In this document: piece after piece, positions 1 through 9,785 of the stretch
How the letters are laid out: each line of letters begins with the position of its first letter
Numbering within the stretch: position 1 is the stretch's first letter
NCBI GenBank assembly: GCA_963792965.1
Contig: CAWBYW010000021.1
Span: forward strand, 1-32,456
From: an uncultured delta proteobacterium
GTDB lineage: Bacteria > Desulfobacterota > Zymogenia > Zymogenales > Zymogenaceae
Reading direction: 5' to 3'
Length of the DNA: 32,456 bases
Translations under genes and position numbers: made by a program
Notes under the pieces: generated by a model
The model's database searches: none
What the model was told of the DNA's origin: nothing
What the model saw: the letters and a program-made list of their open reading frames with translations, nothing else

Positions 1-69
1 TTGTATTAGCCTCGAAATTAGCACTGCCATCCCAACAAAATATTTGCGATGTTAGCAACCGGCTTTTTC

Positions 70-381
70 TTATTTTTGTCCCTTTAGTTGGGCTAACATA
101 TTTTTAGCTTTTGGATTATTTGGATTAAGCTCTAAAGCTTTTTCCAGGTTGTTAATAGCTAGTTCTTTATTGTCATGAAACATATAAAATGTACCTAAAA
201 CAAAATAAGCCTCCGATGATTTTGGATAATTCTCAACATTTAACTCAAAGAGTTCCTTAGCTGCATTGGTCAGTTTTTCTTTTGTTACCGGATGTTCAAC
301 CTCAGGGTCAACAAACTCCATTCCAATAAAGTTGAGTAAATATTCTGGATATTTAACCTTGTATCCATATTTACCCGATTT
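70..381 (-). CDS. C-terminal fragment of a TPR-containing protein (AT-rich, foreign to the rest of the window; 5' end missing at the ~380 junction)
   Basis: The reading frame stays open upstream of the called ATG (321) to the junction: KSGKYGYKVKYPEYLLNFIGMEFV...AKELFELNVENYPKSSEAYFVLGTFY...AINNLEKALELNPNNPKAKNML. This is a typical C-terminal TPR pair, and the DNA is much more AT-rich than the rest of the window. Confidence 0.7.
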   Translation of the reverse strand, partial: KSGKYGYKVKYPEYLLNFIGMEFVDPEVEHPVTKEKLTNAAKELFELNVENYPKSSEAYFVLGTFYMFHDNKELAINNLEKALELNPNNPKAKNMLAQLKGQK

Positions 382-1202
382 GTGGTGGCCGCCGAATAGA
401 GGAGCGGCTGGCCCTTGGGCTCAAGTCCCTCGGTCTTGATGTAATAGTTACGCTCGGTGCCCACGCAGTACATGTCGGGCCGCATAAAGACCACGTCATC
501 CTGGCGGATGATGATCCCCTCGTCTCCGGTCAGGTCGTGGTTGTGGCACGAGAGAGAAGTCTTGCCGGTCCCGGAAAGTCCGAAGAGGATCGCCCCCTTC
601 TGGACGAGTTTCCCGTCCTTCTGCTTGACCTTTATGATTTTACTCCCGGCGTGGAGCCCCAGTCCTCCCTTCTTCTTTGCCCGGTACATTCCCATCCTCA
701 GGTGGGCCTTCTTGTTCTCGCCGAGGTAGTCCGTTCCGAGGATGTAGGTGACGCCGAGGTCGGGCTGGACCAGGACCTTGCGCTCCCGCCACTCGGGGAC
801 ATAGACCGTGACCTGTTCGGGGTCCCGCTTGGAGCTCTTCGGAGCGAAAAGCGTCTCGTTCCACATATAGGCGATGCGCGCGTATTCCTCGGTAATGAAG
901 AGCCTGCAGGGTATGACGTGGTCCGGGTTGATGCACATGTCCCGATCCACCTGGATCATCGTCTTCCACCTGAGGTATTCCTGTACATCGCTGATTATCT
1001 TGGCCTGCTCGGGCGTCGGGTCGTCAAAGACGATCTCGGTGAACTTCGCCGAGCGGTTCCTGACCACGCTGATATAGGCGGCGCTCCCGTATTTTGTCGT
1101 TCGCTCGTCCTTCTTGGCTAAATCGCGGAGCTCTTTGGTGTCGAGATCCCGCTTGATGTCATTGGCATCGATCGGTTTTGTGAAGATGTGCTTGTCCGCC
1201 AT
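382..1202 (-). CDS. pckA: Phosphoenolpyruvate carboxykinase (ATP) family protein, truncated at the 3' end by the junction
   Basis: Motifs YLGENKK, GLGLHAGSK, P-loop FGLSGTGKTSLS, QDD and GTERNYYIKTEGL. SD AAGGAGG precedes ATG 1202. The sequence after PLLYSAATT runs into unrelated AT-rich DNA. Confidence 0.85.
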
Positions 1203-1334
1203 GCAAATACCTCCTTAGTTGCCCCGCAAAATCTCCGATTCCACGGGGGCCCGACGGTGAGAAGAATACGATAGTCTCAAACTTTTCTGTATGATCGGGT
1301 CCCTCTATGAACAACAGGTCGATTTTTCTTCCGC

Positions 1335-2211
1335 TCATAGCGTATCGATGGCCTCCCGCATCCGGCGGGTCGTCTCGGGGGTGGTGCCGCAGCAGCCTCC
1401 GACGATCCGCGCGCCGGCCCTGATAAGGTCGGGCGTCCGCGCGGCAAAGACCTCCGGGCCGTCGGCGAAGTTTGTCACGCCGCCACTCGATCTCGGGATT
1501 ACCCGCGTTGGGCTGGGCGATGATGGGGATAGCGGCGGCTCGTTTCATCTGCTCCACTACCTCGATCATATCGCCGATCCTCAAGGAACAGTTGGTCCCC
1601 ACCGCCGCCGCGCCCGCGTCGGCAAGGCTCCTGGCCGCGTCCTCGGGCCTGTTTCCCATGATCGTAAAATAGCCCCGCGGCTTCCGGTCAAACGAGATCG
1701 TCACAAAGACCGGAAGCCCCGTGGCTCGGGCCGCCTCAGCGCGATGAGCGCCTCGTTAACGTCTATCATCGTCTCGATAATGAATAGGTCAACCCCGCCT
1801 TCCGCCAGGGCGAAGGCCTGGACGGTAAAGGCCTCCGAGAGCGTCTTCTCGTCCGCGTTTCCGGCGGGCGCGAGCAGCTTTCCCGTCGACCCGATATCCC
1901 CCGCGACGAATCTTCCCGCAGGACAGACCCCCTTGGCGAGCTCGGCCCCCCGTCTGTTGATCTCGGCGGCCCTGTCGGCAAGGCCGTAGTGCGCAAGCTT
2001 CAGCGACGTCGCCCCGAGGGTGGCGGTGGACACGATGTCCGCGCCGGCATCAAAATACATCTTGTGGACCGCCGCGATGTCGTCGCGGGCGGTTGAGTAT
2101 CCAGGCCTCGGAGCTCTCGCCCGCCTTCATCCCCCGCTCCATGAGCATGGTGCCCCAGGCCCCGTCAAAGAGCAGGATTCCTTCCCGCATGCTATTTACT
2201 ATATCAGCCAA
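1335..2211 (-). CDS. Homocysteine S-methyltransferase family protein, copy 1 (stand-alone MetH Hcy-binding domain), frameshifted near 2085, 1720 and 1490
   Basis: Reconstructed across frames: ILLFDGAWGTMLMERG...YFDAGADIVSTATLGA...FVAGDIGSTG...GGVDLFIIETM...AVGTNCS...AQPNAG...IVGGCCGTTPE. Probable TTG start after SD GGGAGG. Confidence 0.85.
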
Positions 2212-2266
2212 AGACTAATTCCCTCCCGCTTCCTTCCCCCACCGGGCCCGCAAGCGTTCCTTACTA

Positions 2267-3136
2267 TCACATCGCGTCGATGACTTCGCGCATCCGCCGG
2301 ATCGTCTCAGGTGTCGTGCCGCAGCAACCGCCGACGATCCGGGCGCCCGCGCGGATCAGGTCGGGCGTCAGCCGCGCATAGACCTCCGGCCCGTCGGGGT
2401 AGGTCATGACACCCCCCTCAAGGTCGGGCTTTCCCGCGTTGGGCTGGGCAAGGATAGGCGCGTTGGTGGCCGCTCTCATCTCGGCCACGAGGTCGACCAT
2501 CTCCGCGATCCTGAGCGTGCAGTTGGTCCCAACCGCCGCCGCGCCCGCATCGGCCAGCGCACGGGCGGCATCCCCGGGTCGGTTTCCCATGATCGTGGCG
2601 TAGCCGCGCTTTTTTTCAAACGTAATCGACGCAAACACCGGTAGGCCCGTAGCTCGGGCCGCCTCCAGCGCCACGAGCGCCTCCTTCAGGTCCATCATCG
2701 TCTCGATGATGAAGAAGTCCACCCCACCCTCGGCCAGCGCGAAGGCCTGCTGCGTGAACGCCTCGGAGAGCGTCTTGTCGTCGATCTGGCCCAGCGTGGG
2801 GAATTTCCCCGTCGGCCCGATGTCTCCCGCGACAAATTTCCCCGGGGGCAGACCTTCCTGGCAAGCTCGGCCCCCTTCCGGTTGATCTCGACGACCTTAT
2901 CGGAAAGCCCGGCGTGCGCGAGCTTGATCGAGGTTGCCCCAAAGGTGGCGGTCGTCGCAACGTCGGCGCCCGCGGCAAAGTACGCGGCATGGACGGCCGA
3001 CGATATCATCCGGCCGTGTGAGGACCCAGTTTTCCGCCGTCTCACCCGGACCGATTCCCCGCTCCATAAGCATCGTGCCCATGGCGCCGTCAAAGAGGAG
3101 GATGTCGGTTTTCAGCTTCTTTTCTATCTCATGCAT
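2267..3136 (-). CDS. Homocysteine S-methyltransferase family protein, copy 2, frameshifted near 3000 and 2850
   Basis: LLFDGAMGTMLMERG, YFAAGADVATTATFGA, FIIETMMD, GTNC, AQPNAG and GGCCGTTPE (Zn-binding cysteines intact), spread over three ORFs. Confidence 0.87.
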
Positions 3137-3190
3137 TCCTTACCACCCCGATATACCCCGTTTACCCGGGGGTCACGTCAGAGGATAACC

Positions 3191-3960
3191 CTAATAATAT
3201 ATTTCGGGGCCGAACAGCTCGCCGAGGACATCAGTGACCACCGCACGTACACCCCGATTGATGAGCGAGTAGAGGTACGGCCTCCTGGTCCGCAAATAGA
3301 TGACGCGCTGCGGGTTTTACGCCGGCTTCCTTGGCCAGCGCTTCCGTTGCGGCCCGCAGGTCGCACAGCTCGTCCACCAGCCCCAGCTCCTTCGCCCGCC
3401 GCGCGGTGAAGACCTCTCCCGTAGCGATCTTTCTTACGGCCTTCTCGTCGAGCTTCCTTCCCCCGGCCACCGCCTTTACAAAGTCGTCGTACACCTCCCG
3501 GTTAATGGCCTCGATCTTACTTCTTCCGGCCGGCGTCATTTTTCTGGAGAACAGGGTGTCGTCCTTGAGCGACCCCTCCTTCAGAACCTCGAGCTTGACG
3601 CCGAGACGGCTCATGAGGGCGGAGATGTCCGGCTTGATAAAAATCACGCCGATACTGCCGATAAGCGCTGACGGCACAGCCATGATCTTATCGGCCATTG
3701 CGGCCGCGTAGTACCCGCCGGAGGCCGCCATCGTCGTCCAGACGAAAAGCGGCTTCTTCTCCTTAAGTCGGGCCAGGGCCATGACGAGGACCTCGGTTGC
3801 GGTGACCGATCCTCCCTGGCTGGAGAGATTAAGCAGCACCCCCCTGACCCGTGGTCGACTTTTCGGCGTCCTCGATAACTCCGGAGGAGGTGCTCACCGT
3901 TCTCATCGACAGCACACCCGAAAAGGGGATAACTGCCACAACACCCCGCCGAAAGGCCAT
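3191..3960 (-). CDS. sppA: Signal peptide peptidase SppA (S49 family), frameshifted near 3850 and 3315
   Basis: MAFRRGVVAVIPFSG...RGVLLNLSSQGGS, AASGGYYAAAMADKI, GSIGVI, IATGEVFTARRAKELGLVDEL. The C-terminus in the alternate frame ends ...GPEIYY-TAG at 3191. Confidence 0.88.
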
Positions 3961-3998
3961 ATAACAAACCTACCGCCCATAAAATAAAATGCGGCGAT

Positions 3999-4027
3999 AT
4001 GATAGCAAGATTCGCGTCTATTGTCAA
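3999..4027 (-). promoter_or_regulatory. Sigma70-type promoter for sppA
   Basis: TTGACA-17 nt-TATCAT with an extended TG, ~40 nt upstream of the start codon. Confidence 0.65.
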
Positions 4028-4188
4028 GGGAAGATGAGAAATGGAAGACAGGTGAGATTATCGGCGCTACACCAACCGCAACGACGATACAACAGCGGCC
4101 GTGCCCTGCCCGGAGCGCCGCGTAACTCTCCCGATTATACGTCTCCCTCGGCCCGGGTCGCCCACGCCTCAAGAACCCACAATTCTTA

Positions 4189-4216
4189 TTGACTTTCCGC
4201 GCCACGCGACTAAAAT
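4189..4216 (+). promoter_or_regulatory. Sigma70-type promoter for the oxidoreductase beta/gamma operon
   Basis: TTGACT-16 nt-TAAAAT upstream of ATG 4270. Confidence 0.55.
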
Positions 4217-4269
4217 GATAGGTTAGTATCTTTAACAACACGAGTTTTCCGAATCAAACGGGAGCATCC

Positions 4270-5032
4270 ATGACCGAGCTCAAAAAAGTCTTCTCGAGGC
4301 CAAAGAGCCTGACCACGAAACCGTACCACTTCTGCCCCGGCTGTAACCACGGCATCATCCACCGGCTGGTGGGGGAGGCGCTGGACGAGTTCGACCTCGT
4401 CCCGAGAGTGACCGCCGTTGCGTCGGTCGGCTGCAGCGTGTTCCTCTATGACTACTTTGCCGTCGACGTGCTGGAGGCGCCCCACGGCACGGGCTCCGGC
4501 CGTGGCAACCGGCGTCAAGCGCTCGCTTCCGCACAACATCGTCTTCACCTACCAGGGCGACGGGGACCTGGCCTCCATCGGGATGAGCGAGATCGTCCAC
4601 ACGGCAAACCGCGGCGAGCCCATCACCGTCATCTTCGTCAACAACACCGTCTACGGCATGACCGGCGGCCAGATGGCCCCCACCACGATGCTCGGCCAGA
4701 AGACAACCACCTCGCCCTACGGCCGCGAGTATTCGCAGGACGGATATCCGATCCGCATGGCCGAGATGCTGGCCACGCTCGAAGGCTCGGCGTTTGTCGC
4801 GCGCGTGGCCGTCAACAAGCCCAAGAACGTCATCGCCGCCAAAAAGGCGATCAAGACCGCTTTCAAGATGCAGATAGACGATATCGGTTTTTCCTTTGTG
4901 GAGGTCGTCTCAACCTGCCCCACCAACTGGCGGATGTCGCCCAAGGAGGCGGCGTGGCGGGTGGAAGAGGAGTTGTTGCCCTACTTCCCGCTCGGGGTAT
5001 TCAAGGAAAGGACGATGTCGGACGTCATGTAG
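4270..5032 (+). CDS. 2-oxoacid:ferredoxin oxidoreductase beta subunit (TPP-binding), frameshift near 4490
   Basis: HFCPGCNHG, SVGCS, (HG)RAPAVATGVK, TPP motif YQGDGDLASIG...NNTVYGMTGGQMAPTT, and STCPTNW. Confidence 0.92.
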
Positions 5033-5132
5033 ACGGTACCCCAAGAAAAGTGCATTTTCCTGGGGGCCCCACAAGAGAAAGGGCTCTTATACACCTGTTG
5101 GTTCTTCCGGATACAAAGAAAGAAAAGAAGAC

Positions 5133-5689
5133 ATGTACTTTGACACCATCATGGCAGGCTTCGGCGGGCAGGGGATCATGCTCATCGGCAACCTCTTCGC
5201 CTACGCCGCGATGAACGAGGGCAAGAACGTCACCTACATGCCCACCTACGGCGTCGAGATGCGGGGCGGCACCGCAAACTGCACGGTCGTTATTTCCGAC
5301 GGCGTCATCGGCTCGCCCATCGTCGGCTTCCCGATGACCGCCGTGGTCATGAACCGGCCCAGCCTTACGCGTTACGGCACGACGGTCAAAGAGGGCGGAC
5401 TTCTCGTCATCAACTCGTCTCTTATCCCCGAGACCCTCGAGGACCGTCCCGACCTGAGACAGATCCGGGTCCCGGCCAACGACATCGCCGGAAAGCACGG
5501 CAACGACAAGATCGCCAACATGGTCATCTTCGGCGCCTTTCTGGACTCACCAAGGTCATCGAGCCGAAGTCGGCCTTCGACGCATTCGAGCACGTGCTGG
5601 ATGCCCGCCACCACCGTCTGATACCCACCAACATCGAGATGATCAAGGCGGGCATGGAATTCATCACCAACAACGGGGGGAACGCATGA
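5133..5689 (+). CDS. 2-oxoacid:ferredoxin oxidoreductase gamma subunit, frameshift near 5545
   Basis: MAGFGGQGIM, PTYGVEMRGGTANCTVVIS, GGLLVINSSL and ANMVIFGA. The stop overlaps the next start (ATGA 5686-5689). Confidence 0.9.
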
Positions 5690-6262
5690 CCGAAGACCTC
5701 AAGGTAGGTGAAAAGATCAAGCTCCTTCGCGAAAAGAAAGAAGCTGTCGCTTCCCGACCTCGCCCAGAAGTCGGGCTTCTCCTCGGCCATCCTCTCCCAG
5801 ATCGAAAATCATATGGTCTCCCCGCCCCTCGGCACGATCATCAAGCTGGCAAAGGCCCTCGAGGTGGAGCCGGGCTACTTCTTCAAGGAAAAGCCGAAAT
5901 CCCCCTATGTGCTCGTCAGGAAGGACGAGCGGGTCTCGATCTCCCGGGTGGCCTCCAAGGAGGGCGTCAGCTACGGCTATTCGTACGAGTCGCTGGGCGC
6001 CGATAAGAAGGACCGCAAGATGGAGCCCTTCATCGTGACGCTCGATGCAAACCCGGTGAAAAAGGTCAGCCAGTCCACGCACGACGGGGAGGAGTTTATC
6101 TTCGTCCTCGAGGGGGAGATGGAGGTGACCCTCGGCGATCACTCCGACGTGCTGGCCGCCGGCGATTCGATCTATTACGACTCGACGATTCCCCACCGGG
6201 TCACGGCCCACGGGGACACACCGTCCAAGATTCTGGCGGTGCTCTACACCGGGACGAAATAA
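5686..6262 (+). CDS. XRE-family HTH / cupin-domain transcriptional regulator, frameshift near 5735
   Basis: MTEDLKVGEKIKLLREKK joined to LSLPDLAQKSGFSSAILSQIEN (HTH). Cupin motif HDGEEFIFVLEGEMEV...GDSIYYDSTIPH. Confidence 0.9.
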
Positions 6263-6314
6263 CACCACCCCACTATCGAATGTTTTCAAATCTAATTACC
6301 GGATAGTACAAATC

Positions 6315-7214
6315 ATGTGGATTAAAGAACCCGGCCTGATTACGGACCGTATCCTGCTCTTGGGCAGGGAGGAATCGTGCGTCTATCTCTTGAAAGGCGA
6401 CGAACATACGATCATTGGCGGAGGGATGGTCTATGTCGTCCCGGATGTCATCGAGCAGCTCAAGAAATTCGGGATCGACGAGGATAAGATCACGCGCCTC
6501 CTCATCCTCCACACGCACTTTGACCACACCGGGATCGTCGCCACGCTCCAGAAACGCTGGAAAAACCTGAGGGTCTACGCGTCGCCCCGGGGCAAGGAGC
6601 TCCTGGCCACCCCTGACGTGGCCGCCCAGATACGGGCGCTCAACGAGGGACTCATCTCGATGCACAAGATGGAAGAAAAGGTCAGGGAATTCGGCGTCAG
6701 CCTTGACGGCATCCGGGTGGACGATACCGTCAAAGGGGGCGACCGGGTAAACTGGGGGGGCATCGAGCTTGAAATCATCGACGCGCCGGGGCACTCCTCC
6801 TGCTCGATCGCGGCATATATGCCCGAGGACAAAGCGCTCTTTGCCTCGGACGCCGGCGGCATCCCCTACGGCGACATGATCTTTGCCTCCGGCAACGCCA
6901 ACTTCACGAAGTACCAACAGACCCTCGAGCGCTTCGCGACGTACGACGTATCCATCCACCTCTCGGAACACTACGGCGCATTTACCGGCCAGGACGGGGA
7001 AGAGTTCATGGGACGGTCGATCGCCGCGGCAAAGGAGACGCGCAAAATCCTCGAGGAGTCTTACCGGAGGACCCGCGACGTGGAGAAGAGCAAGAAGGAG
7101 ATTACCGACTCACTCACCGAGGGAGCCAAGGGATACTTTCTGCCCCGGCCGGTCATGGAGATGGTGGTCGGCCAGATGTTGCGCCATATCGCCAAGGTCA
7201 TCGACGGCGCGTAG
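6315..7214 (+). CDS. MBL-fold metallo-hydrolase
   Basis: HTHFDHTG (HxHxDH), APGHS, LFASDA and a distal His. Confidence 0.88.
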   Translation: MWIKEPGLITDRILLLGREESCVYLLKGDEHTIIGGGMVYVVPDVIEQLKKFGIDEDKITRLLILHTHFDHTGIVATLQKRWKNLRVYASPRGKELLATPDVAAQIRALNEGLISMHKMEEKVREFGVSLDGIRVDDTVKGGDRVNWGGIELEIIDAPGHSSCSIAAYMPEDKALFASDAGGIPYGDMIFASGNANFTKYQQTLERFATYDVSIHLSEHYGAFTGQDGEEFMGRSIAAAKETRKILEESYRRTRDVEKSKKEITDSLTEGAKGYFLPRPVMEMVVGQMLRHIAKVIDGA

Positions 7215-7296
7215 CGCCGCAGCGCCCCCTCCGATTCAACTTCATGGTCGCGGCCCCCACGGCAATGCGAAGTCCTTATTGGAAAAGGAGGTTCAG

Positions 7297-7935
7297 ATGC
7301 AAGATCGTATCTCCAACTCCACCATGTTTGTCTCACTGTTGGCCCTCAATGGAATCCTGGGGACCAACGGCCTCAACGCCATCCTCAATTACGGCGACCT
7401 GAAGAGATTCAAGGACGCATTCCCCCCAAACAATGATAAGCTCGAGATCCCGATAGCCGACTTCACGCAGCTCAACGCCAGCATCCTCGACATTTTCGGA
7501 GAGAAGGGGGCCCGTCCCCTCCTCTATAACTCCGGCAGGATGGGGGTACAGGTCATATTGAAGGAAAACCCCTCCCTCATGGGTTTCGTGCGCCTCGGCT
7601 TCAGGGCGCTGCCCGTCAGAAAACGCGCCGAGAAGGTCCTGGCCGTGACCTCGAAGCAGGCAAACAAGATCTTCGGCGAGAACCAGCGGTTTTCCGTCAC
7701 GAAAGACGGCTTTGTGACCGAGATCTACGACTGCTTCTGGTGTAAAGGGCTCAAGACGAGCGAGCCGATCTGCCATGCCGAGGTGGGGTTCGAGACCGAG
7801 GCGATCAAGTGGGCCACGGGTGGGGTGGAGTACGACGTCAGAGAGGTTTCGTGTGTCGCCTGCGGGGACAAGAGCTGCACGTTCGTGGCCAGGGAGAAGG
7901 AAAGGCCGGAGGAGATCGAACGAGCCCGCGCCTGA
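7297..7935 (+). CDS. V4R (4-vinyl reductase) domain protein
   Basis: Start after SD AAGGAGG. Contains DCFWC...PICH...EVSCVACGDKSCTF and an N-terminal LGTNGLNAILNY typical of stand-alone V4R proteins. Confidence 0.82.
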   Translation: MQDRISNSTMFVSLLALNGILGTNGLNAILNYGDLKRFKDAFPPNNDKLEIPIADFTQLNASILDIFGEKGARPLLYNSGRMGVQVILKENPSLMGFVRLGFRALPVRKRAEKVLAVTSKQANKIFGENQRFSVTKDGFVTEIYDCFWCKGLKTSEPICHAEVGFETEAIKWATGGVEYDVREVSCVACGDKSCTFVAREKERPEEIERARA

Positions 7936-8117
7936 AACATCGGGGCCGAGTCACTACGCGGTTTCAGATATCAAGAAAGAACCGTGATAGGTAACCGAAT
8001 CGATCCTCGATCCGTGAGGAACGGCGAAATAGATCACCGGATTGTGGAGAGCACGAGCGTGCTCTCCTTTTCTCCTCGCTTCTTATGATCAAGAAAAGAT
8101 GTCTTCAAGGAGGTCCC

Positions 8118-9092
8118 ATGGGTAAGAGAATCACCGTCTCCGCGGTCCAATTAACGCCCAGCGTGGGAGACGTCGACACCAACATCAAGCGCGCGGGCGT
8201 GCTGGTGAATCGAGCGTTCAAAGATGGGGCCCAGCTGGTGGTCCTTCCCGAGTTCTTCCCCACCGGCGTCGCGTTCAGCCCAAAGCTCCTGTCGGCCGCG
8301 CGCCCGATCGACGGAACCCCGTCCCGTTTCCTCATCGAGACGGCCACGCGGCATCACGGCTTCGTCGGAGGGTCATTCATCGCCTCACGGGGCGGACATA
8401 ATCACAATACCTTTGTGTGGGCCAATCCCGACGGCACGACGGCCTCCCACGACAAGGACCAACCCACCATGTGGGAGAACTGTTATTACGTCGGGGGCCG
8501 GGATCCCGGTCGCCTGAACACACCGCTTGGGCCGGTGGGCGTCGCCCTCTGTTGGGAGCTGGTTAGGACCAGGACCGCGAGGCGCCTTCTGGGTCAAACA
8601 GACCTCCTCGTATCCGGCTCCTGCTGGTGGACCGTTCCCGACTGGAAGGTGATGAGGGGCTTCTGGGAGTCCGTTCACCGGTCAAACCTCACCGTCATGG
8701 AAGAGACCCTGCCGACCATGGCGCGCCTCCTGGGTGTGCCGGTCATCCACGCCGCCCATGCGGGAAGCTTCACCGCGAAAATGCCCCTCATGCCGATGAT
8801 ACCCTACCGCTCGTTCTACATGGGAAACACACAGATCGTGGATGCGGACGGGACCGTTCTGGCGAAACTCGGCCCCGAGGACGGGGAGGGAGTCGTCACG
8901 GCAGAGATCGAGCTCGGACGAAAGAAACCATCCCTCAAGATACCCGACGGGTTCTGGATCCCCCGCATCCATCCCTTCGTCCGGTTCGTCTGGTTCTACC
9001 AGAATCTTCACGGAAAGTGCTACTACGCGATCGTCCGAAGGACAAAAAGGCTTCACATACCGCAGGAGGGTTCCGCGGGTCCGCCGTCGTGA
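8118..9092 (+). CDS. Carbon-nitrogen hydrolase (nitrilase superfamily)
   Basis: E-K-C triad contexts LVVLPEFF, HDKDQP and VALCWE. SD AAGGAGG before ATG 8118. Confidence 0.88.
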   Translation: MGKRITVSAVQLTPSVGDVDTNIKRAGVLVNRAFKDGAQLVVLPEFFPTGVAFSPKLLSAARPIDGTPSRFLIETATRHHGFVGGSFIASRGGHNHNTFVWANPDGTTASHDKDQPTMWENCYYVGGRDPGRLNTPLGPVGVALCWELVRTRTARRLLGQTDLLVSGSCWWTVPDWKVMRGFWESVHRSNLTVMEETLPTMARLLGVPVIHAAHAGSFTAKMPLMPMIPYRSFYMGNTQIVDADGTVLAKLGPEDGEGVVTAEIELGRKKPSLKIPDGFWIPRIHPFVRFVWFYQNLHGKCYYAIVRRTKRLHIPQEGSAGPPS

Positions 9093-9274
9093 AAAAAGGG
9101 GATCGGAGGTGTGAAAGGGGCCGCGTGGTGGCGTGGGGGGTCTGCGTGACGTTTCATTGCCTTTCGGTCTTCGTGTTCCGCGGAAAATTCACTGAGCGGA
9201 TGATCGAAAAGGAGATGGGACGGCAGGCTCAGGGAGGGAGATAGGATATAATTAGACATTCTCCCTACGCAACG

Positions 9275-9302
9275 AAGGGACACCCTATATGGTGTCCCTT
9301 TC
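9275..9302. terminator. Hairpin between convergent genes, probable terminator
   Basis: AAGGGACACC-CTATAT-GGTGTCCCTT, a perfect 10-bp inverted repeat followed by a T-rich stretch. Confidence 0.55.
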
Positions 9303-9397
9303 ATTTTCTCTCGAGGGACTCTATCTAAAATCGCTCCTTCTGATCCCGTGCTTTCACTTCCGATCTCGGACGTATAGGATGCCTGACTTTCCAGGGG

Positions 9398-9785
9398 TCA
9401 GAACCTCTCATCCTCAACCCTATTCGGCACGAAGTCCAGCTGCTTCTCCACGATATTCAGCGACTTCCCGTGCGCGATCGCGTCTTTCCAGGTCTTCTTG
9501 TCCGGCGTGGCCACAAACGTCTTATCCCTGAAGACGATAATCAGCTCGTCTTGCCCGATAGAAATGTGCGTAATATTCCTGCTTCTTGAACAGGAACAGG
9601 GAAGACATATTCTTCTGGATACGCTTTATGACGCGGTCGAGATCCCGCGGGCTGACTCGTATCTTATAAAAGGTTATCAGGCCGAAAAGGATCTTCCTCT
9701 TTCCGATGACGTCAAGCTCATCGAAGACGGCCTTGTCTTTCTGGCTCCGATTAATCACGATTCCGTGATAGTCACCGGCCTTCAC
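9398..9785 (-). CDS. Hypothetical protein coupled to hisS, frameshift near 9550
   Basis: GTG start overlaps the hisS stop. Reconstructed C-terminus: ...YYAHFYR-DELIIVFRDKTFVATPDKKTWKDAIAHGKSLNIVEKQLDFVPNRVEDERF-stop. Confidence 0.7.

Noticed and set aside
1-69. Possible attC-like cassette end (GCTAAC just after the TPR gene stop on the minus strand)
   Set aside because: The window edge cuts it off, so no complementary GTT end or hairpin can be verified.
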